DNA of 64,000 nt from Casimicrobiaceae bacterium (GCA_035501595.1 DATJVX010000061.1:66233-130232); one strand, 5' to 3'; positions 8,079-17,988 are shown, numbered from the stretch's first letter. Numbers and translations: made by a program. The notes: a model not told the origin generated them from the sequence alone.

Positions 8079-9476
8079 GTGCGTTTAGCGTTCGCGAAGC
8101 AATTCCGGGAGCTGCTCAAGCCGGGGCAGATACCCTGGCGGAATGTGCTCGTCATCGCCGCGCTGTTCGCAACGGTCATCGGCGGCTTCCTCGTCGCCGC
8201 GGCCTCGCCGCGCGACCCGAACCTGTCATTCGTCAACGTTGCCATCCTGTCGGGGAGCCGGGAGGGCAACTACCACGCGATCGTCAACCGAGCGGCCGCC
8301 GACGCGCTGCGCCGACGCGGGCACATCGCCAACGTGCCGAGCGCCGGCTCGATCGAGAACCTCGCGCGCCTCGCCGCGGCGCGGTCGTCCTGCAACGTCC
8401 AGTTCGCGCTGGTCCAGGACGGCCTTCCCTGGCCCGAGTCGAGCCCCTTCGAGCTGATCGCGCGGCTCCCGGTGTCCGAGGCTTTCGTCGTGCTCGGGCG
8501 CGATGCCGACGCCATCCGTTCGGTGATCGACCTGCGCGGCAGGCGCATCGGCATCGGACCCGTCGGCAGCGGCACCGAGTACCTCGCGCGGCAGGTCATC
8601 GCGCAGCTTGCCGGGCTCGACATCACGGTCACGACGCAGCCGGTGACCGAGCAGCTCGCGATGCTCGAGCGCGGCGATCTGGACCTCGGCGCCATGGTCA
8701 TCGAACCCGATGCCGCCCAGCTGGTGCGGGCCGTGCGCGACAACAAGCTGCAGATCGTCGACATCGCCGGCGCGGAGGCGCTGGCGCACGGCCTGCCCGC
8801 GGCGCGGGCGGGCGTCATCACCGCCGGCTACTACGACCCCGTCCGCGGACTGCCGCCGACCAGCAAGCGCGTCATCAGGGTCGACACGCTGCTCATCGGC
8901 AACGGCTGCGCCCACGCCTCCGTCACCCAAGGCGTGATCACGGCCTTCGTGCGCGTGTTTCCCGAGCTGATCCGCGTGAATCGCGAGCAGGCGAGCCCCG
9001 GCGGCCTGGACTACGCCTCGGCGGCGCAGAGCTACTACGACGACCAGGGACCGGACCACGTGGGCGAATACGTGCCGTGGCTGATCGACATCATGCCCAC
9101 GGCGCGCTGGCTGCAGCTCATCTTCGTGTTCTCGATGCTGTTCGGCGCGCAGGCGCTGTGGCATCGCTTCCGGTTGTGGCGGCTGGACGCGCGACGGGTG
9201 GGCATCGAGCGCGAAGTCTCGCGGCTCTTCGGCTCGGATATCGGCCCACCGGAGATCGCGGATGCGACGCCCGAGGGCAAGCTGCGCAGCCCGCAGGCGC
9301 GGGCCCGCCTGGAAGGCCTCATCGCGCAGCTCGAGCGGCTCGGCAAGCTTTGCCGGCGCCAGTCGACCTCGATGCTCGTGCCGATGGGCCAGGAGATGAA
9401 CTATCGCTACCAGGAAGTGCTGATCGCCGACCTGTTGCACGCGCTGCGGCACTTCCGCGACAAGCTCGGTAACTGA
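8079..9476 (+). CDS. membrane-anchored TAXI-family (TRAP-type) solute-binding-like protein with C-terminal TM helix and coiled-coil tail
   Basis: 465 aa with a GTG start. N-terminal TM (VLVIAALFATVIGGFLVAAA), periplasmic-binding-protein-like core (SGSREGNYHAIV...GIGPVGSGTEYLARQV), second TM (WLQLIFVFSMLFGAQALW) and a charged helical tail. Confidence 0.75.
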   Translation: MRLAFAKQFRELLKPGQIPWRNVLVIAALFATVIGGFLVAAASPRDPNLSFVNVAILSGSREGNYHAIVNRAAADALRRRGHIANVPSAGSIENLARLAAARSSCNVQFALVQDGLPWPESSPFELIARLPVSEAFVVLGRDADAIRSVIDLRGRRIGIGPVGSGTEYLARQVIAQLAGLDITVTTQPVTEQLAMLERGDLDLGAMVIEPDAAQLVRAVRDNKLQIVDIAGAEALAHGLPAARAGVITAGYYDPVRGLPPTSKRVIRVDTLLIGNGCAHASVTQGVITAFVRVFPELIRVNREQASPGGLDYASAAQSYYDDQGPDHVGEYVPWLIDIMPTARWLQLIFVFSMLFGAQALWHRFRLWRLDARRVGIEREVSRLFGSDIGPPEIADATPEGKLRSPQARARLEGLIAQLERLGKLCRRQSTSMLVPMGQEMNYRYQEVLIADLLHALRHFRDKLGN

Positions 9477-9543
9477 CCCCTCGACCGGCGGCGAGCCGCC
9501 GCGGCCAAGGGGATCGGCGCGGCCGATCGCATTTATACTCCGC

Positions 9544-10827
9544 GTGGCCGGCCGCATTCGCGTCGGCCCCGGCGCTTCTCCAGTCTTGTCGACCTCCGCC
9601 ACCGATTTCCGCGCACTGCTCTCGCACCGATCGTTCCTGCGATTCTGGATCGCGCGGCTGGTCGGCGGATTCGCCAACCAGATGCAGGCGGTCGCGGTCG
9701 GCTGGCAGATGTATGCCCTGACGGGCAGCGCGCTCGATCTCGGTCTCGTGGGGCTCGCGCAGTTCGCACCGTCGGTGGCGCTGCTGCTCGTGGTGGGGCA
9801 CGTCGCGGATCACTACGACCGGCGCTGGGTGCTCGCAGCCTGCCAGCTCGTGGATGCGAGCGCTGCGACGACGCTCGCCGTGCTGAGCCTGCGCGGCACG
9901 ATCACCCGGGAGATGATCTTCGCGCTGGTGGCGCTCATCGGCGCGGCGCGCGCCTTCACGCTCCCGACGCAGCAGACGCTTCTCTCGGCGGTCGTCCCGG
10001 CGTCGCTCCTTCCCCGGGCGGTTGCGGCGAACGCGACGGCTGGCCAGACCGCGATCGTCGCGGGCCCCGCCCTCGGCGGCTTTCTGTATGCCGCGGGGCC
10101 GGCGGTCGTCTACGGGCTGTGCGCCGCGCTGCAGGTCAGCGCGAGCGCACTCAATGCGACCCTGCGCATCGAGCGGCGAAGCGCCTCGCGCAATCCGGCG
10201 ACGGCGGCGACCCTCTTCGCCGGCATCGGCTACATCCGCAAGCGCCGCGAGCTGCTGGGGGCGATCTCGCTCGACCTCTTCGCCGTCCTGTTCGGCGGCG
10301 CGGCCGCGCTGTTCCCGATCTACGCGCGCGACATCCTCCACACCGGGCCGTGGGGCCTCGGCCTGCTGCGCTCCGCACCCGCGGTGGGCGCGCTGACGAT
10401 GGCAGTCTGGCTCGCCCGCCATCCGATCGAGCGGCATGCGGGGCGCAGGATGTTCGCCGCGATCGCCCTCTTCGGCGCGTGCACCATCGTGTTCGGGCTT
10501 TCGCGCTCCTTCGCGCTCTCGATCGCCGCGCTGGTGGTGCTCGGGGCGGCGGACATGGTGAACGTCGTCGTGCGCATGTCGCTGGTGCAGCTGCGCACTC
10601 CCGACGAGATGCGCGGCCGCGTCTCGGCCGTCAGCGCGATGTTCATCGGCGCTTCCAATCAGCTGGGCGAGTTCGAGTCCGGCGTCACCGCGGCCTGGTT
10701 TGGCACGGTGCCGGCCGTGGTGCTCGGAGGGATCGGCACGCTCGTCGTCGCATGGCTGTGGACGCGGTGGTTCCGCGAGCTGGCGGGGCTCGACTCGCTG
10801 GCGGGCGAGCACCGGAGCCTGCGCTGA
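9544..10827 (+). CDS. MFS transporter (MFS_3 / EntS-like)
   Basis: 427 aa with 12 predicted hydrophobic segments; FRALLSHRSFLRFWIARLVGGFANQM is typical of this MFS subfamily. Start uncertain: a TATACT box at 9534-9539 sits only 4 nt before GTG 9544, so an in-frame TTG at 9586 is an alternative. Confidence 0.85.
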   Translation: MAGRIRVGPGASPVLSTSATDFRALLSHRSFLRFWIARLVGGFANQMQAVAVGWQMYALTGSALDLGLVGLAQFAPSVALLLVVGHVADHYDRRWVLAACQLVDASAATTLAVLSLRGTITREMIFALVALIGAARAFTLPTQQTLLSAVVPASLLPRAVAANATAGQTAIVAGPALGGFLYAAGPAVVYGLCAALQVSASALNATLRIERRSASRNPATAATLFAGIGYIRKRRELLGAISLDLFAVLFGGAAALFPIYARDILHTGPWGLGLLRSAPAVGALTMAVWLARHPIERHAGRRMFAAIALFGACTIVFGLSRSFALSIAALVVLGAADMVNVVVRMSLVQLRTPDEMRGRVSAVSAMFIGASNQLGEFESGVTAAWFGTVPAVVLGGIGTLVVAWLWTRWFRELAGLDSLAGEHRSLR

Positions 10828-10915
10828 ATCGCGCTGCGGCGGCGCCGAGCGCCGCGGCGATGGACGGGGTCGGTCCGGCGGCGTAGCCTATGCCTCGGCC
10901 CCACCCGGACCGACC

Positions 10916-11356
10916 ATGCACCGAGCCCGAGCGTTCGCGACGCTAGCCGCCGGCCTGTCGCTGGCCTGCGCGTCCTGCGTCGTAGCGCCTCCGCAGAGCG
11001 ACTACGACGCCTTCCTCGCGGCTGTGAGGCACGACTGCGAGCCGATCATCCTCGGATCGGACAACATGGGGCAGGCGATGCTCTACAACGGCTTCGGCGT
11101 CGACGCCGACAGCTACCACAGCTTCGCCAATCTGACCGAGGCGCTCTACTACGGCAAGATCTCGCCCGCGATGTACGTTCGCTCGCTCACCGCAACCGTG
11201 GGCTGGGGCAGCCACAACGATCGCAGCTTCGACTGCATCCTGGGACACCTTCCGAGGCAATCACTGAGCCGCGCGGCCGGCAGGCTGCGCGCCCCTCGCG
11301 ACGCCCCGGCGCAGCCCCCGCCGACGACCGAGCGACTCGCCGCGGCGACGCCCTAG
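10916..11356 (+). CDS. hypothetical secreted protein or lipoprotein
   Basis: MHRARAFATLAAGLSLACASCVVAPPQ... looks like a signal peptide with Cys residues near the cleavage region. The body has normal composition and the C-terminal 35 aa are low-complexity. No family recognised. Confidence 0.5.
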   Translation: MHRARAFATLAAGLSLACASCVVAPPQSDYDAFLAAVRHDCEPIILGSDNMGQAMLYNGFGVDADSYHSFANLTEALYYGKISPAMYVRSLTATVGWGSHNDRSFDCILGHLPRQSLSRAAGRLRAPRDAPAQPPPTTERLAAATP

Positions 11357-11480
11357 GCCCGACGGCCCGACCTGCGCGACGCACGCGCGGGCCGGCGCGG
11401 CCGCCCCGCCCCCCCCAAGACCGCTTCGTCGTGCCCCGGCGCGCTCCGTCGCCTGGCGGGCTGGCCCGGCACCGGCCGCG

Positions 11481-11486
11481 TACAAT
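11481..11486 (+). promoter_or_regulatory. putative -10 box (TACAAT) 8 nt upstream of the sensor-kinase ATG
   Basis: TACAAT-cgccgccc-ATG(11495). No Shine-Dalgarno in between, so the geometry is that of a leaderless or near-leaderless transcript. No clear -35. Confidence 0.3.
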
Positions 11487-11494
11487 CGCCGCCC

Positions 11495-12586
11495 ATGACC
11501 AGCTCCGCCAGCAGCTCGACCCTGCGTCCCTCGTCCTGGTGGACGCTTCTCGTGGCCGGCCTGTGCGGGATTTCCTGGCAGATCTTGGCGCTGATCATCG
11601 CGATCAACAGCGGGTACGCCGCGATGATGTCGATCGAGGATACCCGGCCGTTCTGGCATCCGTTCATCACGGCCCAGTGCCTCGGGCTCGCCATCGCCTT
11701 CTTCGTCTACGCGGCGGCGCCGTGGTACAAGCCGCGGCCCGTGCTCCGTCTCGCCGCCGCCGTCGCGGTCGGGACGCTGGTCGGCTATTGCCTGGTGTTC
11801 CTGGTGAAGGGAGCGATCATCCACGAGCCCGGCTATGGATTCGCGGACATGTACTCGGACAGCCACAAAGCCTGGACGCTGCTGTCCGGCTTCGGCAACG
11901 GGCTGTTCGTGAGCCTGTTCTTCCTGATCCAGTTCCGCGAAGCCCGCAGCCGGGCCGAGTTGCTGCGCGCGGAAGCCGACCGCAACCTGCTCTCCAAGCA
12001 GGCGATCGAAGCCGAGCTCAAGCTCATGCAGGCCCAGGTCGAGCCGCATTTCCTGTTCAACACGCTCGCCTCCGTGCAGTTCCTCGCCGAGACCGATCCT
12101 CCCAAGGCGAGCCTGATGCTCGGGCACCTGATCTCCTACCTGCGCGCGGCTCTGCCGCAGCTTCGCTCGAACAGCACGACGCTCGGCCAGGAAAGCGCGC
12201 TGGCCGAAGCCTATCTGTCGATCATGCAGATGCGCATGGGCGCGAGGCTGCGCTTCGCGATCGATGTTCCCGATGACCTGCGCTCGCACCGCTTCCCGCC
12301 GATGCTGCTGATGTCGCTCGTGGAGAATGCGATCCTGCACGGGATCGAGCCGCAGGCCGAGGGCGGCACGGTCCGGCTCGAAGCGCGCCACGAGGCAAAG
12401 CGCCTGATCGTTTCGGTCGCCGACGAGGGCCGCGGCCTCGGAGAGAAGATCGGCAACGGCGTGGGACTCACCAATCTGCGCGGACGCCTGGCGGCGCTCT
12501 ACGCCGACCAGGCGCGCTTCACCCTGGAAGAGCTCTCGCCGCACGGCGCCCGGGCCACCGTCGAGCTGCCCTATGAGCCAGCCTAG
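11495..12586 (+). CDS. LytS/YehU-type sensor histidine kinase (AlgZ/FimS-like)
   Basis: 363 aa: N-terminal multi-TM region, then the His_kinase motif QVEPHFLFNTL and an HATPase region (LVENAILHGIEP... DEGRGL... GVGLTNLRGRL). Confidence 0.9.
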   Translation: MTSSASSSTLRPSSWWTLLVAGLCGISWQILALIIAINSGYAAMMSIEDTRPFWHPFITAQCLGLAIAFFVYAAAPWYKPRPVLRLAAAVAVGTLVGYCLVFLVKGAIIHEPGYGFADMYSDSHKAWTLLSGFGNGLFVSLFFLIQFREARSRAELLRAEADRNLLSKQAIEAELKLMQAQVEPHFLFNTLASVQFLAETDPPKASLMLGHLISYLRAALPQLRSNSTTLGQESALAEAYLSIMQMRMGARLRFAIDVPDDLRSHRFPPMLLMSLVENAILHGIEPQAEGGTVRLEARHEAKRLIVSVADEGRGLGEKIGNGVGLTNLRGRLAALYADQARFTLEELSPHGARATVELPYEPA

Positions 12587-13328
12587 TCAGCCCACCGCGC
12601 TGATCGCCGAGGACGAGCCCATGCTGCGCGCGCAATTGCGTGCGCGCCTCACGCAGGCGTGGCCCGAGCTCGCGGTGGTCGCCGAGGCCGAGAACGGCGA
12701 ACAGGCCCTTGCGCTGCAGCGCGAGCTCGAGCCCGACATCGCTTTTCTCGACATCCGGATGCCGGTCAAATCCGGTCTCGAGGTCGCCGGGGAGCTCGCT
12801 GGAGCCTGCCACGTCGTGTTCGTGACGGCCTACGATCAGTACGCGGTCACCGCCTTCGAGCAGGGCGCGGTCGACTACGTGCTCAAGCCGGTGACGGCCG
12901 AGCGCCTGGTCAAGGTGGTCGAGCGCCTGAGGCAGCGCCTCGACCGGACTCCGGCCGATCTCGGCACGGTGCTCGCGCAGCTCAACGCCCGCGAGGCGAC
13001 CGGCCCGCTGCGCTGGATCAGGGCGTCCTTGGGAGCGTCGATGCGGCTGATCCCCGTCGACGAGGTGGTCTATTTTCACGCCGAAGACAAATACACCAAG
13101 GTCGTCACCGGCGACGGCGAAGCGCTGATCCGCAAGACAATCAAGGATCTCTTCGACGAACTCGACGGCGAGCAGTTCTGGCAGGTCCACCGCGGCACGA
13201 TCGTGAACCTGCGCGCGATCGCTCGCGTGGATCGAGACTATCGCGATCAGCCGCTGATCACGCTCAAGGCAAGACCGGAGAAGCTGACGGTCAGCCGGAC
13301 CTTCGCGCACCTGTTCAAGGCGATGTAG
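12573..13328 (+). CDS. LytTR-family response regulator (AlgR-like)
   Basis: 251 aa: receiver domain (ALIAEDEPMLR...IAFLDIRMP) plus C-terminal LytTR DNA-binding domain (VVYFHAEDKYTKVVT...FWQVHRGTIVN). Overlaps the kinase gene by 14 nt. Confidence 0.92.
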   Translation: MSQPSQPTALIAEDEPMLRAQLRARLTQAWPELAVVAEAENGEQALALQRELEPDIAFLDIRMPVKSGLEVAGELAGACHVVFVTAYDQYAVTAFEQGAVDYVLKPVTAERLVKVVERLRQRLDRTPADLGTVLAQLNAREATGPLRWIRASLGASMRLIPVDEVVYFHAEDKYTKVVTGDGEALIRKTIKDLFDELDGEQFWQVHRGTIVNLRAIARVDRDYRDQPLITLKARPEKLTVSRTFAHLFKAM

Positions 13329-13379
13329 CGGCGCCGGGCCGCCGATGCGCGGGCCCAGCGGCTTCACGGCCCCGAGGGC

Positions 13380-15122
13380 CTAAAGACCCGTATCCGCCAG
13401 GAGCGCCGAGAGCCGCTGCCTCTGCGGCGCGCTCGTCATGGGGTAGGTGTCCAGCCAGTGCGGCAACGAGAAGCCGGGCGCCAGCGCGCGGATCTCGACG
13501 CCTTCCCACTTCGCGGCCTGGTGATCCCCGGACGCAGCGAGCGCGGCCGCGAGGTACACCCGCGTCTCGACGTCAGCGGGATTGCGCATCGCGGCTGCGC
13601 GCAGATTGATGAGCGCCAGGTCGGCGTCGCCCACGAAGAGGTAGGCGCGGCCCAGCAGCAGGAGGTACAGGTATCCGCCGCCGGGATTGAGGCGCATCGC
13701 CGTTCGCAACGGTGCGATCGACTTCTCGGGCTGGCCCTCGTAGGTCAGAATGCCTCCGAGCAAGGCGTAAGCGTCGGCGAAGGACGGATCGAGATTGATG
13801 GCTTTCTCGAGCGACTCGATCGCCTCCGCATAGCGGCGGTTCTGCGTTTCGACGAAGCCGAGCGCCCAGTAGACTTCCGGTAGATCGGGATCGATCGACC
13901 GGGCGCTTTCCGCGAACTCGGTTGCGCGATCGAGCGCCGGCGACCGGTCGGGGGCCTCGCCCAGGCGATAGTCCATTGCATAGGTCATCGCCACACCCGC
14001 GTAGGCACGGGCGAACTTCGGGTCGAGCTCGATCGCCTTGCGATAGAAGGCTCGCGCCTCGTCGTTCTGCGCAGGCGACCGCATCAGGAAGAGCGCCTGT
14101 CCGCGCAAGAAATCGTCGTAGGCCTCGAGGCTCTGCGTATAACGCTTAGCGAGTCTCTCGCGCTCGACTTCGCTCAGCTTCGCTGGCAGCAGCTCCACGA
14201 GCCGGCCCGCCATCTCGTCCTGCACCGCGAAGAGATCGCCGACCGGCCGCTCGAATCGCCTCGACCAGAGCTCCTCGCCCGTAGGCGCGTCGACCAGATG
14301 AACGCTCACTCGCAGCGTGCCGGAATCCCGCTGCACGCTGCCGGAGATGCGGTACCGGGCTCTGACGGCATCGGATGCTTCACCGGACTCCCGGATCACG
14401 CGCAAGCCCGAAAGCCGCGACAGCCCGATGATCAGATCGTCGCTGATCCCCCGAGCGAAATAGGCCTGGTCGCGATCCGAACCCAAAGACTCGAAGGGGG
14501 AGACGGCCACGCCAACCCAGCCGGTCGCCCGTCCATCCTCCGCCTCGATGCTCTGCGCTGCCGGTACGCGCGGAAGCGCGTGGACGAGCGCGAAGCCGGC
14601 GAAGACTGCTGCAAGTGCGAGGCCCGCGAGCACCGCCGGCGACCACCGGCGCTCGCGCCCCGCCGGGCCGGCGCGAGGCGCGGCGTCGTGCGTGCGCTCG
14701 GCGCTTTTCCGAGCGGCGTCGGCTTCCTGCGCGCTTCCCCGAACCGGACCGTCGTCGCTTCGTTCGACCGATGCGATCAGCCGGTAGCCGCGTTTCGAGA
14801 CCGTGTCGATGTACGACGGCGAGCGCGAATCGTCGCCGAGCGCCTTGCGCAACTTGTTGATTGCCTGCGTCAGCGCCTCGTCGCCGACGACGACGTGCGG
14901 CCACACCGCGGCAAAAAGCTCCTCGCGACTGACGACGCAACCGACTCGCTCGGCGAGCAGCATCAGCACGTCCATGGCCTTCGGTTCGATGCGAACGATC
15001 CGTGCGCCGCGGCGCAGTGCGTTGACCTCCGGATCGGCCACCCATTCCCCGATGCGCAAGGGCCGGTGCGGTCGCCGACCCGGGCCTCCTTGCGCAATGG
15101 ATGTTCCAAAAAGGTCCGCCAT
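13380..15122 (-). CDS. CadC/ToxR-like membrane transcriptional regulator (winged-helix OmpR/PhoB-type DNA-binding domain, TM, TPR repeats)
   Basis: 580 aa: N-terminal trans_reg_C motif (IEPKAMDVLMLLAERVGCVVSREELFAAVWP...VSKRGYRL), one TM (AVLAGLALAAVFAGFALV), and a C-terminal TPR-rich periplasmic region. Confidence 0.88.
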   Translation of the reverse strand: MADLFGTSIAQGGPGRRPHRPLRIGEWVADPEVNALRRGARIVRIEPKAMDVLMLLAERVGCVVSREELFAAVWPHVVVGDEALTQAINKLRKALGDDSRSPSYIDTVSKRGYRLIASVERSDDGPVRGSAQEADAARKSAERTHDAAPRAGPAGRERRWSPAVLAGLALAAVFAGFALVHALPRVPAAQSIEAEDGRATGWVGVAVSPFESLGSDRDQAYFARGISDDLIIGLSRLSGLRVIRESGEASDAVRARYRISGSVQRDSGTLRVSVHLVDAPTGEELWSRRFERPVGDLFAVQDEMAGRLVELLPAKLSEVERERLAKRYTQSLEAYDDFLRGQALFLMRSPAQNDEARAFYRKAIELDPKFARAYAGVAMTYAMDYRLGEAPDRSPALDRATEFAESARSIDPDLPEVYWALGFVETQNRRYAEAIESLEKAINLDPSFADAYALLGGILTYEGQPEKSIAPLRTAMRLNPGGGYLYLLLLGRAYLFVGDADLALINLRAAAMRNPADVETRVYLAAALAASGDHQAAKWEGVEIRALAPGFSLPHWLDTYPMTSAPQRQRLSALLADTGL

Positions 15123-15581
15123 GGACTCGAACCCGCTGATCCGTCAGCCAAATGGTCTCATAGGAAAGGCAAAACCGTTTCGTCAGGCTTTATTGCCGTA
15201 CCGGCTTCGAAAGGGCGCTGCGCCTGGGCGGAAACTCTTGGCGAATACCTTCCAGGCCGCGGGGCCTCGGGCCGCCGCGCGCACTCGGTCCGAGTCCGGT
15301 GAGCCGTCCAGGCCGGCACGGCGAGGTTCTGCGAGGCCGACGAGCGGGACTGCCGGGACGTCGTGCGGAAGGGCGCGAGATTCGTCCAAGCATGCAGCGC
15401 CCACGTCCATCTCGTGCGCAACGGAGTCCGCGATGTGCTGGTGCCGGTCGCCCCGCAGATCCTTCCGGAGGGCGCAGCGAGGCGCGACGTGCTGGCGCCG
15501 CCTGCGAATGACCCGTCTTTCCGGTAGCGGCCCGCAAACCAACCCGCCGACGGGCGATCGTCGACTCGGACAGGAAGGGCG

Positions 15582-15985
15582 ATGCGAACGAATCTTGCGC
15601 TGCGCTGCCTGCTGAGGGCTCTCTTGCCGGCCGTCCTGGTCGCGGCGGATGCCCCCAGGCCGTCAACATCGACTCCGGGTTCACGGGCGCCTGGTACGAT
15701 CCGGCGCAGAGCGGCCACGAATTGTTCGTGGAGGTGCTGAACAACAATGCTTTCCTGGCCTGGTGGTTCACGTTTGATCCAACCGGCACCCAGCAGAGCT
15801 GGTTCGGCGGCGTCGGCACCTACAGCGGCAACACCGCGGTCATCAACCAGGTGATCCAGACGACGGGGGGACGCTGGATTCCCTTCTTCGATCCGAGCAG
15901 GCTCACGCTGGTTCCCTGGGGCACGCTCACCTTCACCGACTGCAACGACGGCCGAGTCGACTTCAATTCGCCCGTTCCGAGCTAG
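15582..15985 (+). pseudogene. frameshifted or truncated secreted repeat-domain protein (GxWYDP...WFTFD family)
   Basis: ATG 15582, preceded by GGAAGG, encodes signal peptide MRTNLALRCLLRALLPAVLVAADAP in frame 3. The domain AVNIDSGFTGAWYDPAQSGHELFVEVLNNNAFLAWWFTFDPTGTQQSWFGGVGTYSGNTAVINQVIQTTGGRWIPFFDPSRLTLVPWGTLTFTDCNDGRVDFNSPVPS is in frame 2. The switch occurs at a C5 run (15649-15653). The track lists only 15722..15985. Confidence 0.45.
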
Positions 15986-16291
15986 GGAACCGGCAGCATG
16001 CTAGACGCCCGCCGGAGCGGCGTTCCGTGCTACGACGAGCCGACTCGACAGATCCACGGCATGGCGCCATGGGGCGGCCGGACCGGCCTCTGGTATGCGA
16101 TCGGCACCAAGCAGTGACTCGCGAGAGCACGTGATCCCTCGGTCTCGACGAGGTTGACGACATCGCAGAGTGTCGCCGACACTCGTTTCGTCGCTTCGGA
16201 GCGCCTGACGGTGCGCTGATCCGCACGCGGATTCGGGCCACGCGCCGCGCCTCGACCGCGTCCCGGGGTAAAATCCGGCTTTTGCGCCACG

Positions 16292-17140
16292 GTGGCGCCT
16301 TTCTGCCCGGTGCCGGACCTCCAATCCACCATCGAAGCCGCCTGGGAGCGACGCACGGAGCTCGCCCCGCAATCCGCGCCCGCGGAGGTCCGCGAAGCGG
16401 TCGAGGCGACCATCGCGGAGCTCGATGCCGGCCGATTGCGCGTCGCCGAGAAGCGAGACGGGCGCTGGGCGACGCACCAGTGGCTCAAGAAGGCGGTGCT
16501 GCTGTCGTTCCGCCTGGCCGAGAGCGTGCCCATCGGACTGGCGGCGCCGGGCGCGCCGTTCCGCTTCTACGACAAGCTGCCCACCAAGTTCGCCCGCTTC
16601 GACGACAAGGCCTTCGCCGAAGCGGGCGTGCGCGTCGTGCCGCCGGCGGTCGCACGCCGTGGCGCGTACATCGCACGCAACGTGGTGCTCATGCCGTCGT
16701 ACGTGAACATCGGCGCCTACGTCGACGAGGGCACGATGGTCGATACCTGGGTGACGGTCGGCTCGTGCGCGCAGATCGGGCGCAACGTCCACCTCTCGGG
16801 CGGCGTCGGGATCGGCGGGGTGCTTGAACCGCTGCAAGCCAACCCCACCATCATCGAAGACAACTGCTTCGTCGGCGCGCGCTCCGAGGTCGTCGAGGGC
16901 GTGATCGTCGAGGAGAACTCGGTGCTGGGCATGGGCGTGTTCATCGGTCAGAGCACCAAGATCTACAACCGGGCCACCGGCGAAGTGAGCTACGGGCGGG
17001 TTCCGTCCGGCTCGGTGGTCGTCGCGGGCAGCCTGCCCTCCGGCGATGGGGGCTGCCAGCTCTACTGCGCGGTGATCGTGAAGCAGGTCGACGCCAGGAC
17101 GCGGGCGAAGACCGCCATCAACGAGCTCCTGCGCGCCTAG
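16292..17140 (+). CDS. dapD: 2,3,4,5-tetrahydropyridine-2,6-dicarboxylate N-succinyltransferase
   Basis: 282 aa: [15 protein letters not shown]..., hexapeptide-repeat region [43 protein letters not shown] 16292 listed; in-frame GTG 16310 (VPDLQSTIE) is an alternative. TAAAAT box at 16269-16274. Confidence 0.93.
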   Translation: MAPFCPVPDLQSTIEAAWERRTELAPQSAPAEVREAVEATIAELDAGRLRVAEKRDGRWATHQWLKKAVLLSFRLAESVPIGLAAPGAPFRFYDKLPTKFARFDDKAFAEAGVRVVPPAVARRGAYIARNVVLMPSYVNIGAYVDEGTMVDTWVTVGSCAQIGRNVHLSGGVGIGGVLEPLQANPTIIEDNCFVGARSEVVEGVIVEENSVLGMGVFIGQSTKIYNRATGEVSYGRVPSGSVVVAGSLPSGDGGCQLYCAVIVKQVDARTRAKTAINELLRA

Positions 17141-17189
17141 CCGGGCAATGAACCAGAAACCCAGCACATCGATGCCGGAATCCCGATCC

Positions 17190-17981
17190 ATGTCCGTCTC
17201 GCTCAAGTCCGCCGAAGACGTCGCGAAGATGCGCGTCGCCGGCAGGCTCGCCTCCGAGGTCCTCGACTACATCGGCCCGCACGTCACCGCGGGCGCGACG
17301 ACGCGCGAGCTCGATCGCCTGTGCCACGACTACATGGTCGACGTGCAGGGCACGATCCCGGCACCGCTCAACTATGCGCCGCCGGGCTACCTGCCGTATC
17401 CGGCCTCGATCTGCACGTCCGTCAATCACGTCGTCTGCCACGGGATCCCGGGCGACAAGAAGCTCAAGCCCGGCGACATCGTCAACGTCGACGTCACAGT
17501 GATCAAGGACGGATTCCACGGCGACACGAGCCGCATGTTCTACGTGGGCACCCCGCCGATCCAGGCCCGGCGGCTGTGCGAGGTGACCTACGAGGCGATG
17601 TGGCGCGGGATTCGCGCGGTCAGGAAGGACGCGCATCTGGGCGACATCGGCGCGACGATCCAGCGCTTCGCGGAGGGCCACGGCTTCTCGGTCGTTCGCG
17701 AGTTCTGCGGCCACGGCATCGGCCGCCAGTTTCACGAGGAGCCGCAGGTGCTGCACTACGGTCGCGCCGGCACGGGGCTAAAGCTGCAGCCCGGCATGGT
17801 CTTCACCATCGAGCCGATGATCAATGCCGGCCGTTCCGCGATCCGCTGTCTCGCCGACGGCTGGACGGTCGTGACCGCCGATCACAGCCTCTCCGCGCAA
17901 TGGGAGCACACCATCCTCGTCACCGAGACCGGTTTCGAGGTGCTGACGCTCTCGGCCGGATCGCCGCCACCGCCGAGCTAG
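17190..17981 (+). CDS. map: type I methionine aminopeptidase
   Basis: MSVSLKSAEDVAKMRVAGRLASEVL... VCHGIPGDKKLKPGDIVNVDVTVIKDGFHGDTSRMF matches the E. coli Map N-terminus pattern. The listed ORF starts 14 codons earlier (17148). Confidence 0.93.
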   Translation: MSVSLKSAEDVAKMRVAGRLASEVLDYIGPHVTAGATTRELDRLCHDYMVDVQGTIPAPLNYAPPGYLPYPASICTSVNHVVCHGIPGDKKLKPGDIVNVDVTVIKDGFHGDTSRMFYVGTPPIQARRLCEVTYEAMWRGIRAVRKDAHLGDIGATIQRFAEGHGFSVVREFCGHGIGRQFHEEPQVLHYGRAGTGLKLQPGMVFTIEPMINAGRSAIRCLADGWTVVTADHSLSAQWEHTILVTETGFEVLTLSAGSPPPPS

Positions 17982-17988
17982 AGCGCGC

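Noticed and set aside
15183-15542. 119-aa minus-strand ORF, plus a 54-codon plus-strand ORF (GTG 15363..15527), in the 460-nt gap upstream of the CadC-like gene.
   Set aside because: No motif or family recognised. Both overlap each other in a region with generally coding-like GC3, so they cannot be distinguished from shadow frames or gene remnants.
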